A stretch of 33,290 nt of DNA from Nemertoderma westbladi (taxonomy: Eukaryota; Animalia; Xenacoelomorpha): the NCBI GenBank assembly GCA_032718475.1, contig JAUCBJ010008177.1, forward strand, positions 1-33,290, in the 5' to 3' direction. The notes beneath the pieces were generated by a model. The model was not told the origin of the DNA and did not search any database. It was given only the letters and a program-made list of their open reading frames with translations. Within the stretch, counting starts at the first letter, position 1. Each line of letters starts with the position of its first letter. Below, piece after piece: positions 1 through 12,309 of this stretch. A program made the position numbers and the translations under genes.

Positions 1-59
1 TACAATAACAGTTACACTGATGCTGCACGAAGGCCCCACGCAAATTCTACTTGGAAAAT

Positions 60-275
60 TTTCAAACTTTTGCCAAACAACATGTGTACCAAGTTTGGAT
101 AGATTTCATCAAGGATTGGCCGAGTTATTAACGTTTAAAATAAAATACTGAAAAAAAACGCGACAGAACGACAGAACGACAGAACGACAGAACGACAGAA
201 CGACAGAACGACAGAACGACAGGTTGATTAATGGTACCACTACGCTAAGGCTCTCTCACTTCGTGGCTCGCCCCA
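60..275 (+). mobile_element. Right end of a non-autonomous Helentron/HINE-like element with an internal microsatellite
   Basis: The sequence TTTCATCAAGGA..CCGAGTTATTA, then (CGACAGAA)n, then GCTAAGGCT..ACTTCGTGGCTCGCCCCA (ends 275) is homologous to 18698-18837. A second degenerate end copy lies at about 290-328. Confidence 0.55.
161..222 (+). repeat. (CGACAGAA)n microsatellite, about 7.7 copies
   Basis: Perfect 8-bp tandem repeat read directly. Confidence 0.95.
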
Positions 276-553
276 TAATTGTCTAAACTGTAAGGCGTGA
301 GGCTAGCTGACTTTGTGGCTCACCCCACATAATAAAAAATGCAACTTAGCTACCACTATCAAAAATATAATATGAAGCAAATAATTTCATTATCAAGGAC
401 GTTTACAAGATATAAGATACGATTACCGAATATTTATAAAAAATGCCCATGATGCACACCAGATAAATAACAACGAACAGAGCCAAATAATAAATTTAGT
501 TTCCTTCTAAATGTATTACCCCGTCGTCAAGCGGAATATCTCTTCCCAGTGAA

Positions 554-707
554 TCCTATGTGAATATGTAATATAGGTACTCCTGCTAAGTTAGGCAGTA
601 GGCCAGAGCGGGCTCCTTAAATACATGCAACTACTGTATTATACTGTAGGTCAACTATAAAACACTTTGCAATCCACAGTGAGTAACAACTACAATAGGA
701 CATAACA
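554..707 (+). repeat. Dispersed ~150-bp repeat, a copy of 12417-12564 (fragment of the HINE-like element at 12310-13075)
   Basis: TCCTATGTGAATAT..GGTACTCCTGCTAAGTTAGGC..GAGCGGGCTCCTTAAATACATG..AATAGGAC is nearly identical at both loci, with one small indel. Confidence 0.9.
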
Positions 708-749
708 GGGGGGGGGGGGGGGGGGGGGGCTGTTCTCGCGTCCCTGGGC

Positions 750-890
750 GGAGTTGCCACTCACCTGGAACCCTGGAATAGTCAGGGAATTTCATTTTTT
801 CTTGAAATATCAGGGAAATTCAAGGAAACTTTGTCAAAATAGTATAAATCAGTAAAAAGTCAGGGATTATGATATTTACTGGACATGTGG
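750..890 (+). mobile_element. DNA-transposon MITE fragment with GTCAGGGAA subterminal repeats (P-element-like non-autonomous type)
   Basis: GTTGCCAC start followed by repeated GTCAGGGAAT/ATCAGGGAAA/GTCAGGGAT motifs. Only one end is seen. Confidence 0.4.
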
Positions 891-916
891 AAAATATGTA
901 TCTTCTCGCTTCGCTG

Positions 917-1252
917 GACAGTGAAATAGCCTTAAGGCGACAGTGAAATAGCCTTAAAGCGACAGTGAAATAGCCTTAAGGCGACAGTGAAATAGCCTTA
1001 AAGTGACAGTGAAATAGCCTTAAAGTGGCAGTGAAATAGCCTTAAGGCGACAGTGAAATAGCCTTAAGGCGACAGTGAAATAGCCTTAAAGTGACAGTGA
1101 AATAGCCTTAAAGTGACAGTGAAATAGCCTTAAAGTGACAGTGAAATAGCCTTAAGGCGACAGTGAAATAGCCTTAAAGTGACAGTGAAATAGCCTTAAA
1201 GTGACAGTGAAATAGCCTTAAAGTGACAGTGAAATAGCCTTAAGGCGACAGT
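917..1252 (+). repeat. 22-bp minisatellite GACAGTGAAATAGCCTTAAGGC, about 15 copies
   Basis: Head-to-tail units with AGGC/AAGT variants and no spacers. The unit contains the palindrome GCCTTAAGGC. Confidence 0.97.
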
Positions 1253-1422
1253 AGACATAGCGCGTCAGTTTCGAGTAGCTGTACCGCGACTTTCCGTATC
1301 GAGAAAGTGGTCAGCCGTATGCTGCGCCGATGGCTGTAACGGATAGCTGCATAGCTTTAAAAGTCGTACCCTTTTAAGGAGCTACATCCTGGATAGCTGC
1401 TTGATGGTTCAACATTCATTAC

Positions 1423-1716
1423 CTTAGCTGTTTTGCAAAGTTCCCCTTGATGCTGTAACATGATTCGCCGGTGGTCCACAGTTTTCTCTACCAGATTGAG
1501 AGTACCGTATGTCTTCATCATAAATAAATTATATATGATGTAAGGCGTTCCGCAATCCCTATCCCTGTAGCGCTGTAGGGCACTCCACTTGTCTCTCTTG
1601 GAATTTGAATCGAATGTTCGATCTGTCAGAAATCGATCTGATAGCATAATTACATTAATCTCGATTCCCATAGTGTAGAATATTGAACTTGCGATCTGTG
1701 GTCTTTGTGAAAATCC
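1423..1716 (-). other. Candidate isolated phase-0 exon or captured gene fragment (98 open codons), product unknown
   Basis: Within ORF 1357-1740, an acceptor TATTTTCGGGCAG| and a donor AAG|GTAATG bound a 294-nt in-frame segment. No protein family recognised. Confidence 0.25.
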
Positions 1717-3540
1717 CTGCCCGAAAATAATTGTATTCATATTTGTGCTTCATATATTGCCCACTTAACTTATTTCGTGGCTCGCCCCATTCATTATTCA
1801 TTTATTATTACCTTATTACGTGGCTCGCCCCATTTTATTGCCAGGGCCCTGTACTAATCGAGCTACTAAGGGCATAAATACTATTGGTTTAAACATATAC
1901 CCTGGATTGCATTATTATCTGATTAATAGCGTCTTTCTTTGTACTGAGTCTTCTTCATACGGCCCAACCAATGGTCAGTATTAATCGACCTATGTGCTGT
2001 GCAATTATCACTCACTATATGTAGTATACTCTTTATGATTTTGGGCTATTGTTAGTTTTACAGAGAATGGAAATAGTTATTGGATTTATTGCCCACACGC
2101 AATAAATGTGAAACATGTGAAAATACGAAAAATGTGAAAAATGATAAACACGGAAATAGGGTGAGGCCTGCTTTAAAAAACAAAAGAAAATGTTTATTAC
2201 TTGTGAATTAAATATATTAATTGTTAATTGAATTTATTTGTACTATTATGTATTAATTTAACGAGATAAGAATATTGCAATAAGTTTATTTCTGAAGTTT
2301 TAAAATTCTTAAGAAATACTTATCCCGAAGAGATGGCAAGTCGCGAGTAGATGGAAATTTGCGGAGATGAGATGGGAAGGAGTCAATGTTGTCTGCACTA
2401 CATCGGAGAGGGTTCTATCTGTTCCTTGCCATTTGGAACAGCGGCCTTTAGAACCGGTGAGCCTGTATCGTAGTAGTTTTAAACATATAATCGCTCCGGG
2501 GGAGGGGGGTGAGAAACAAAATAAAATAGTTCTGCACGTGATATTAACGATTATATAAGTATGTGTGATTAAATAATTGCTATAAAAGTAACGATTTAAA
2601 ACAAGAAATATTCAATGAGTTTAATCTTTACCAAAAGATAATAAAAGCACATTTCACGGTCGCCTCTAATCAATAAAAAAATGCTATCAAATTCATTTTA
2701 GAACCTACTTCGGCGGTTTTTACAGTCTTTCAAGAGTCAAAATTGTCTACAAAAATAAGAGACAATTGTCTTTTTCTCTCTAACCCTCCCTCGTTGAAGA
2801 TTATTCCTTATATTCTTTCAGAGTGCCAAAACTGTCTGCAAGGCACTTCGTTCTAATCTTACGGAATGCAGTGTGATACACAAGTGTATCTCTGAGCGAT
2901 TCCATATGATTGTGTTGAATATCTTAGCCGCGCTCCAGATCAGACTAATTTCACGAAATGGCACAAATGAAACGTTAGGTACTTTTCTTGGAGACTGGAA
3001 CAAACCAGATTTATCTTCAGTTCTCGTGGCTGAATTATTATACTTTATTATATATTATTGGTTAATAAACAGTACCTTTTGCATCAGACACATATAGGTA
3101 AAATCAAAAGATTGCATAAAATAAAATGCATATCCTAAAGGACATTCTGCAACTTTGACCGAACTTTGGTCCCTAATTAAGTTTACATAGAACTATGTTC
3201 TAATAAAATCGCAATTCAAGTCACCATTCAGAAATATATTAGCACAACATGTATTAGAAATAAAGCAGCAACGGCAATTCATCTGTGAATAAACTAGCTA
3301 AACGCTCATCAACCAGCCAGAAGGAATTAAGTAACAATAAATTAGTTTCTTAGGTTTCGGAAAATCTATTTCCAAACAGGTTGCATATCTATCTTCGATA
3401 TATATTTAGTAATATTTATTTCTAGATTAAGCTGATCTCTACAATTCCAATTTATCTTACATGAAATGCTGGCACGCCTTCTGAAGTTTCCGTCCTCATT
3501 ACTTAGCAAAACTAAACTGAAACCTGTGATATTGACTCTC

Positions 3541-3690
3541 GTTTATTGTTTTGGTTAGAATAACGTGTCATTGTAACCTGCTAATTTATCTTAAAGAGAC
3601 CAGGATATGACACCATAGGACTTAATGTCGCAGGACCTAACGCCGCAAGACATAACGATGCAGGACCATAGGATCTAATGACAAGGAACA
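3541..3690 (+). mobile_element. MITE end: shared internal cassette plus AGGAC-TAACG subterminal repeats
   Basis: TTTATTGTTTTGGTT..TGTAACCTG cassette followed by degenerate repeats AGGACTTAATG / AGGACCTAACG / AAGACATAACG. Confidence 0.45.
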
Positions 3691-4086
3691 GTTGCTTTGG
3701 AGGTATGGGTCAATCACTGGCTGGTATCGTTCAATATTTCGTTAAATTGATGCTTACGGGGGGGGGGGGGGGGCATCCTCCTATTCCCATTTCAGCCATT
3801 CAACTGAGTCACTGCTTGAAGAGCGGTGATTAAGCACATTTATCGAAATGTAAATAAAGACGGGAGAACGTCGTTCACCTCTCTGGTTATTGATAGTAAC
3901 AATGTGTTGGCAAGCTGTATTTCTCTCTGGTAAAAACCTCTCTGGTTGGTTGGCACCACAGGATGGAGTCTGGTGCTGCTGAGGTCCAAATACATGCGAA
4001 CTTATTATACCTAACTGTAACTATATAAAATTATTATACACTCATATGATAGAGTATATTTATAATATATTGAATGGAATTTATAT

Positions 4087-4220
4087 CTATTTCACTGTCG
4101 CCTTAAGGCTATTTCACTGTCGCCTTAAGGCCTTTTCACTGTCGCCTTAAGGCTATTTCACTGTCGCTTTAAGGCTATTTCACTGTTGCTTTAAGGCTAT
4201 TTCACTGTCGCTTTAAGGCT
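4087..4220 (-). repeat. 22-bp minisatellite, about 6 copies, reverse complement of the 917-1252 array
   Basis: CTATTTCACTGTCGCCTTAAGG units are the reverse complement of the first array's unit. Confidence 0.95.
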
Positions 4221-5371
4221 CCCTTGTGTTATTTTATTAACAATTAATGTGGTTCACTGCAATAATGAAATGAGTGACATCATTTAAGAATGGTTTCTTA
4301 GATCTCCCTGCTCTGTTACCAAAATTCACATGTTCCTATTTGTACAGGTTCCTGTACAAGTTCCTATATATACAAAACCAGTGCCAGTCTAATAGACAGC
4401 GGCATTCCCGGTATTCATTTGTGCAATATACCCAATTACCCAACCCTTATTATTGTCAACTATATTACCTGTGATGACTCTGGGAGCTCAAACTGAGTTG
4501 AGCGACCGCATAATCTGTCTGATAAAATGACCACAGGGCTTTGGTGTATAACATAGACAGACTTCTGACTCCAAATTTTATTACCTGCTTTATTGTGATG
4601 ATTTTGAGTGTAATTTTGATTTTTGGATGTTTTTCATATGTGCAACAACATTTCATGGCATAGAAGTTAAAATCCCTATTAGTGTATCTTTGAATGAAAT
4701 TGAGACGAAGTTTAATTATAGCAGAGCTTCAGCGAGACAGACAAACTAACCACGGCAAATTTGGGACCCACCGAATCCACCCAAACTGATCGCAATCGAA
4801 TTACAATACATTTACTGTTATCATGATTGCCATAGTTTACTTGTTCATCCGACCGTTTTGCGATACTGTATAAACTGTACGATTCTATATGACACAGGCA
4901 TAGTATACTGACTTCGTAGGCCTTAACACAAAGGGGAAAACTGCAAAACTACTGCAAGTGTGGAAGAATGCTTACAATAGCTAGATAAATGCATTATGCA
5001 TGAAGTATCATACAAAAGCTGCATCACGTATTCCTAAATATTGTTCGTTTCATTCGTATGCAATATCTATTATAACTATTAACTATGATTATAATTATAA
5101 TTATAACTATGGATAGTTAGATCTCACATTGTCTTGCACTTGCACACGACAATCGATTTTTCTAAGAAACCAGTGGCAATCTTCCTATTATTAGTTGATG
5201 GTTTGTGTCGCATGCTTGTCCGTCCAGCGTTTATACTTTTAATACAAATACTTATTTTATATACCGATTAATAATATGAACCAAAATAGTTATTTTTTTA
5301 ATTAGGCAGCAGCCTATGGAATCATGTAAAATTCCTTTACCTTCAGCATTAAATTTAATCATACACTGTCT

Positions 5372-5410
5372 GTATGTATGTATGTATATATGTATGTATG
5401 TATGTATGTA
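5372..5410 (+). repeat. (TATG)n microsatellite
   Basis: Read directly; lies about 10 bp before the 32-bp satellite. Confidence 0.9.
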
Positions 5411-5421
5411 ATTCTTTAATT

Positions 5422-7550
5422 CAGTAATTCTTTAACCCGTTATAACCTGCATCCAGTAATTCTTTAACCGTTATAACCTGCATACAGTAATTCTTTAACC
5501 CGTTATAACCTGCATACAGTGATTCTTTAACCCGTTACAACCTGCATACAGTAATTCTTTAACACGTTATAACCTGCATCCAGTAATTCTTTAACCGTTA
5601 TAACCTGCATACAGTAATTCTTTAACCCGTTATAACCTGCATACAGTAATTCTTTAACCCGTTAAAACCTGCATACAGTCATTCTTTAACACTTTATAAC
5701 CTGCATACAGTAATTCTTTAACCCGTTGTAACTTGCATACAGTAATTCTTTAACCCGTTATAACCTGCATACAGTAATTCTTTAACCCGTTATAACCTGC
5801 ATACAGTAATTATTTAACCCGTTATAACCTACATACAGTAATTCTTTAACCCGTTATAACCTGCATACAGTAATTCTTTAACCCGTTATAACCTGCATCC
5901 AGTAATTCTTTAACCGTTATAACCTGCATACAGTAATTCTTTAACCCGTTATAACCTGCATACAGTAATTATTTAACCCGTTATAACCTGCATACAGTAA
6001 TTCTTTAACCCGTTATAACCTGCATCCAGTAAGTCTTTAACCCGTTATAACCTGCATCCAGTAATTCTTTAACCCGTTATAACCTATGCATCCAGTAAGT
6101 CTTTAACCCGTTATAACCTGCATCCAGTAATTCTTTAACCCGTTATAACCTATATACAGTAATTATTTAACCCGTTATAACCTATATACAGTAATTCTTT
6201 AACCCGTTATAACCTACATACAGTAATTATTTAACACGTTATAACCTGCATACAGTAAGTCTTTAACCCGTTATAACCTATATACAGTAATTCTTTAACC
6301 CGTTATAACCTATATACAGTAATTCTTTAACCCGTTATAACCTACATACAGTAATTCTTTAACCCGTTATAACCTGCATCCAGTAATTCTTTAACCGTTA
6401 TAACCTGCATACAGTAATTCTTTAACCCGTTATAACCTGCATACAGTAATTATTTAACCCGTTATAACCTGCATACAGTAATTCTTTAACCCGTTATAAC
6501 CTGCATACAGTAATTCTTTAACCCGTTATAACCTGCATACAGTAATTATTTAACCCGTTATAACCTACATACAGTAATTATTTAACACGTTATAACCTGC
6601 ATACAGTAATTCTTTAACCCGTTATAACCTGCATCCAGTAAGTCTTTAACCCGTTATAACCTGCATCCAGTAATTCTTTAACCCGTTATAACCTACATAC
6701 AGTAATTATTTAACACGTTATAACCTGCATACAGTAAGTCTTTAACCCGTTATAACCTATATACAGTAAGTCTTTAACCCGTTATAACCTGCATCCAGTA
6801 ATTCTTTAAAACCTTATAATCTGCATACAGTAATTCTTTAAAACCTTATAATCTGCATACAGTAATTCTTTAAAACCTTATAACCTGCATACAGTAATTC
6901 TTTAAAACCTTATAATCTGCATACAGTAATTCTTTAACCCGTTATAACCTGCATACAGTAATTCTTTAACCCGTTATAACCTGGATCCAGTAATTCTTTA
7001 ACCGTTATAACCTGCATACAGTAATTCTTTAACCCGTTATAACCTGCATACAGTAATTATTTAACCCGTTATAACCTGCATACAGTAATTCTTTAACCCG
7101 TTATAACCTGCATCCAGTAAGTCTTTAACCCGTTATAACCTGCATCCAGTAATTCTTTAACCCGTTATAACCTACATACAGTAATTATTTAACACGTTAT
7201 AACCTGCATACAGTAAGTCTTTAACCCGTTATAACCTATATACAGTAAGTCTTTAACCCGTTATAACCTGCATCCAGTAATTCTTTAAAACCTTATAATC
7301 TGCATACAGTAATTCTTTAAAACCTTATAATCTGCATACAGTAATTCTTTAAAACCTTATAATCTGCATACAGTAATTCTTTAAAACCTTATAACCTGCA
7401 TACAGTAATTATTTAACACGTTATAACCTGCATACAGTAATTCTTTAACCCGTTATAACCTACATACAGTAATTCTTTAACCCATTATAACCTGCATACA
7501 GTAATTCTTTAACCCGTTATAACCTGCATGCAGTAATTATTTCACACGTG
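5422..7550 (+). repeat. 32-bp tandem satellite CAGTAATTCTTTAACCCGTTATAACCTGCATA, about 66 copies
   Basis: Continuous head-to-tail units with recurrent variants. The unit contains the palindrome GTTATAAC. Confidence 0.98.
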
Positions 7551-8409
7551 TTAACTCTAGTTTATTGTTTTGGTTCCGCCAATCCACCTCTGTAACCTGT
7601 TCCTTATTAAGATGCCTACAGCACCGTACAACTAATATTATTAAAATACGGATGTCAAAATATGATTCAAAACAAAACAACGTATACATTTTTGCAAACA
7701 GCATTTTATTGAATTATTAGCCTGCATTGAATATATTATATACATATTGAATTATTTTGGTGTATTTTTATTTTAAAAGGTGTATTTTTAACAGCGCTTT
7801 TAAAAATTTAAAATAATATAATATGAAGAATAATAAAATTGTAAGTTGAATTGCATATATTTTTAATGACCCTAGAATCATCTATACGATAAAAAAAAAT
7901 GGAAAAAATAAGTTGCTGCTAAATAAAAAATAAAAAGACAGACAATAATTATATAATATTAAAACAATAATTATTTAATTACAAAGTCTACGCGAGATCT
8001 AAATCCTATGAATTTATATATCAACTATATGGCAGGAGGGATATGAAATTAAATAGTTTTATTGTTCTATCATAGTAATCATCGGATTAAATTAATATAG
8101 GCCTATAGCGCAGAATTACACTATACTAATCTTATCCTTACTATTATTATTACGATATTGCACATTTAAAAGTTTCTGGCATTCCAATTTAAGGCAATGT
8201 AAGACAATTTATACATACATAGATCGATTGTATTTCCAAATTGTGGGTAGACGCAAAGATTAGACTTTATTTAATTAAAGAGATTGTTATCTATTTTTAT
8301 TTCTAAATAAATCAATTATTTTATTGTATATTTATTTTATTACACTCAGTTATTCAGTGTTAAAGCATTGAAACATTTCAATTCCGTTACTGTCGCGTTA
8401 TGACTAGAT

Positions 8410-8875
8410 TTAAAGGGGAGCCGTAACGCGAATTTGAAAGTCGTGTTACGGAAAATTTCTTCATTTCAATTCAATTTAGATTGCATAGGCCCTACTGATT
8501 GACGTGGGCCCCATTGTAAGGCACTAACTACTTGCAGCATAATGAGAATGAATTATACATAATTATACATAAAGTAGGTCATGACTTTGACTATAAGTAT
8601 AAAATACAATATACTTATTAGAAGACCGTTACGGCTTATTGCTGCAAAAAACGTCTGTTTGTTTGTTTGGGTTTGCGCATGTTGAAATTGGCTAGGCATT
8701 TTTTTGGTAAAGTCTGATTCACCGGTACCTGTCATCCGAAATATGGATTATGATATATCGTGGGATGCATTTCACCAAACTGTATAATCACTTTTTTTCA
8801 AAAAATATAATTATATGATCGGTTCTCGAGATATCATCAAATTTCATTTAATTAGAAGACCATTAGGGCTTACTC
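8410..8875 (+). mobile_element. Kolobok-like non-autonomous element fragment
   Basis: TTAA|AGGGGAGCCGTAACG at the left, the inverted CGTTACGGCT at 8627-8636, and a degenerate repeat of that end at about 8855-8875. Confidence 0.3.
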
Positions 8876-8973
8876 GTTGAGAGGTCAAATATGTATGTGC
8901 CGCTGTAACTCTGTCAAACTGTCCTTAGGGCCTGAAGGTCTTCTTATAGCCAGCCAGCTTGCTGGATCTCTAG

Positions 8974-9720
8974 TTATTATTATTATTATAAACTCGATAA
9001 CAATTTCAGTAATTTATGAAAATATAAGTAACACTCGGGAAATGAGGTACCCGAGGAAGAGGTACCAATAAGGCTGAAAGCGCTTAAGAGGAAAACTTAG
9101 TACACAGTTTAAAAATATAAAATACAGTATAAAGAGAGCGACAATATTGCATTAAATTAGTTTCCGACAACTTGCCCGAATAACTATTTAAGCTTTCTGC
9201 AAATCATTCCAAATGGAGACTACTGTCAAATGTTGAGTCGACAACGAGGAACAAAGAGATTGTGCTGATCTCCACGAAGTCCAGTTCGCGGTGGTCGCGA
9301 ATTATCAAAATCCAAATCAATGAGGTTGTGATAAATTCGGTAAGTAATCCTAATGTCAAAAATAATTATCCGCAATTCTAAAGGTTGCAAAGATAAGTTA
9401 TGTAAACGATCTGTATAGCAAGCATAAGGAATATTGTACCTGAAGTACAAACGGCAAACACCTAGTAAAATTAGTGCTGAACATTCTCTATAAGATCTAC
9501 AGCGCTTTGTGTTTGGCAAACAAATTGGAAGTGCAGTATTCGAGAAGCGGTCTTACCATAGGTACTCTTCTACGCAGTAAAGAGCGCGGCCATATTGTTC
9601 GTAATACAACGGAATATCATGTTGATGATTTTACAGGCTTTAGACTCCTGTTTACATTGATCAAATGAGAGGTCATTATCGGATAATAGCATACTACCAT
9701 TACAATGATAGCGTGGTATT
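8974..9720 (-). mobile_element. Decayed 3' part of a CR1/L2-clade non-LTR retrotransposon (ORF2 C-terminus and 3' UTR)
   Basis: Minus-strand motifs DNDLSF..KA..NMIFR, VRPLLEYC, YTDRLHNLSLQPLELR..D..YRI, RG..NLF..RLNI and IWNDL, broken by stops and frameshifts. GGTACC inverted pair at 9046-9066 and an (ATA)n tail at about 8974-8990. Confidence 0.8.
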
Positions 9721-9954
9721 ATGTATAAATCGTGGTAAAGTGGAACCCAACTTGCCTACCAGTAGGAAAGGGTAAATTGCCCTTAAGAACTTTTTTAGAC
9801 ACAGTTTGATAGATTAAAAAAAACTTGACGACAGTATTTAACCCAGACTACCATACCATCCTGCAAATACGCGTTAACGAAAGTTCGTAAGATTTGCGGC
9901 GGGAGTACAGGAGTATATAATGTAGTCTGTTTGGAATGCTGCCAGAATCATTAA

Positions 9955-10095
9955 AAGGTGCCCAACGGCTTCTCAGCTCATTAGAACAGGCAGCTTCTAG
10001 TGTTGGTCTATTTGTTAACTCCAAGTTGACACAACATCAGCAGACCTCAGGAAATGTCTGATCTTATGAGCATAAGATCCAAGGATGGCTTGTTT
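9955..10095 (+). mobile_element. RTE-clade LINE reverse transcriptase fragment
   Basis: QRLLSSLEQAASSVGLFVNSKLT matches the RTE post-YADD motif Q.LL..LE.AA..VGL..N..KT. Confidence 0.6.
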
Positions 10096-10398
10096 TAGCA
10101 ATATCGATGAATTCTGCTACTTGAGCTTTTCTTATACTTCAGCTATTATTAGTTTGTTTGTGGCTGGCTGGCTGAGGTTAATGTTTGAACGCTAATAAGT
10201 CGTCAATTATGGATGAACTTTGTACATATTGTTTACAAAAGTTTGGAAATTCTACAGACAGACCGACTTCTACATTTCGTCTGTCTGGCGCTCGTTCGAA
10301 TTGACAGAAACGTTATAATAGTAGCTGTAACTATTAGAACTAACCATCAGACAGACTTTGTCTGCCGCTAGGGGGTGAATTATCAGAGCTCCAGTTCA

Positions 10399-10680
10399 AA
10401 ACTAGAACAAAATCGCCTCCGCTTTGCAGGACATTGCTTTCGCCGTGAGGACCAGCCAGTGCATAATCTTGTACTTCGGCAGCCTCATGGAGTGAATAAG
10501 CATGGTGGACAGCCCATGTCTTTCTTGAGACGCATCTCAAAGGACACTGGCCTTGAAGATGCGGATGATCTAGCAAATCTCATGGGTGATAAGGGAATTG
10601 TGGCGGCGCAATTTTGTCGACAAGCCGGCACAGCATTCTTAAAAATGCAGCTGCAATGCAGCATGCCGATACTAGTAATA
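10399..10680 (+). mobile_element. RTE-clade LINE 3' end flanked by 39-bp direct repeats
   Basis: NRLRFAGHCFRREDQPVHNLVLRQPHG..GQP..DTGL..MGDK is the typical RTE ORF C-terminus. Direct repeats at 10360-10398 and 10681-10719 have one mismatch. Confidence 0.8.
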
Positions 10681-11212
10681 GTCTGCCGCTAGGGGGTGAA
10701 TTATCAGACCTCCAGTTCATCGGGATTAGCACTTTTAATTTGAAACTGGTTTGAGTTGGAATTATGTCCAACTAATTAACATTGTATCGAATTCGATACA
10801 TACGGAGGTAAAGAGTTAAGAAAATAATTGAGATTCATGAATAACAAAATTTGTCAAAATATGTTTATTTCTGACTACGGCAGGCAGTTGGAGGTACCGG
10901 ATGGCGACTGACAAGACCGCCGCCACCGGGCTAGGCACACTCGGAGTCAACAGTCTGTCGGCTCTAATTCGTTTCTTTGGATCAATATTTGCTGCAGTGC
11001 TGAAGGCCTGCCGGTATTTTCGCACTGCAGTTAAGTACAATTCAGTACTAAATTATTGATTTAATGTGCATAAGAATGTATAACTCATGCATAAATTATT
11101 TGTGTTGTATACTGTATACTATATATAGGATCGTCTAAGGAAGTGTAAGGCAAATAATAAACAAAGTCAGCGAATGACAAACGATTTGCAAACTAAGACG
11201 CACTAACTTTAT

Positions 11213-11450
11213 CAGATAGGGGGGGAAACTGGACGCAATAAAATTTCATCCCTCTCCAGGGGAAATTGGACGCAAATAACAGCTGATTACTCTCAAAAAT
11301 AAAACTCTAACCTGTTTTATTGTGTTTAGTTTATTGTTTTGGTTAACGTGCCACTGTAACCTGCTTCTTTCCCTAAATTAAGAATTTAACATTGAGGCGG
11401 GATATTAATTCGACAAGGCGGGTTTTGCGTCGAGTTTCACCCCCTGTCTC
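11213..11450. mobile_element. Complete 238-bp MITE with ~25-bp TIRs and an 8-bp TSD
   Basis: Left end CAGATAGGGGGGGAAACTGGACGCAA, right end TTGCGTCGAGTTTCACCCCCTGTCTC. AACTTTAT is duplicated at 11205-11212 and 11451-11458. Superfamily (MULE or hAT) is unresolved. Confidence 0.88.
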
Positions 11451-12309
11451 AACTTTATTTATGGAATTGCCTAAAAAACACCACAGCCAGTAGCCACAGC
11501 CCAGAGTATGTCTTATTCAGGACATATTGTCTGTCACTCCTTAATTAATTTTTTTATGCAATTCAATTGAGCTATATGTATTCTATAACTTGCATATATC
11601 GTAACGGGGAGAAAAAGGCAAGTTTATCGTTCAAATATATTATACTTATTATTTAATATTGATTGGTTGCATCTGATACCTTATCATTTGTTATGGTTGA
11701 GTACGTGCGTTATATTAGTGGTAAACCCGGGAGCGCGGCAGGCCACAACATTCTGTTAAATCTTAGTGCGCTTCAATGAATGAATTATTAACAGGATTGT
11801 GAAGGGGCCAGTGTGTTTGCATATCTTATATATGTATATGAACAAGGTTTGTGCATTGTATATCACTGTTTGTTTGGTTATCTATAGATAATATATGCCA
11901 ACCTAGGCCTATGTATCTTGAATATATATATTAGATATATATTAGTATATAGAAGACGTGTGTTTCAAGTTCAAATATTATTTTGTCAGGTTTTGTTTCT
12001 CGCAGTTTCAATTAAAATGCGATGTTTTTAAAAGTAATAGGATATAGCACACACCTTCATGATATATTAATTTGTACAGATGTTATTACTTGGGCTGGTT
12101 TTATATATTTACATTCATATTTTATTATTATTTTGAAATTGTATTATTAGTCAAGCAGGTGAAGTAACTCACAGTAATATAGACATATATATTGGTAACT
12201 ATAAAACAGCCGTGGCCTAGATGTTACATGTTGCAATCAGCATGCTAGCTTACAATGATATATGTATATGATTTTAAAAAATGTAAGTGGCAAATTTATA
12301 TTTCTTTGT

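Noticed and set aside
917-1252. CRISPR- or iteron-like 22-bp repeats
   Set aside because: No spacers and no Rep gene; an ordinary minisatellite.
4300-4680. Minus-strand run of small exon-like segments with CAG|GTAAT donors
   Set aside because: I could not join them into a consistent stop-free frame, and no protein was recognised.
5422-7550. CRISPR-like array (32-bp repeat with an internal palindrome)
   Set aside because: Units are contiguous with no unique spacers, there are no cas genes, and the context is eukaryotic and spliced.
10363-10378. CTCF-like motif TGCCGCTAGGGGGTG (also at 10684)
   Set aside because: Short match only; the duplication is explained by the RTE flanking repeat and the organism is unknown.
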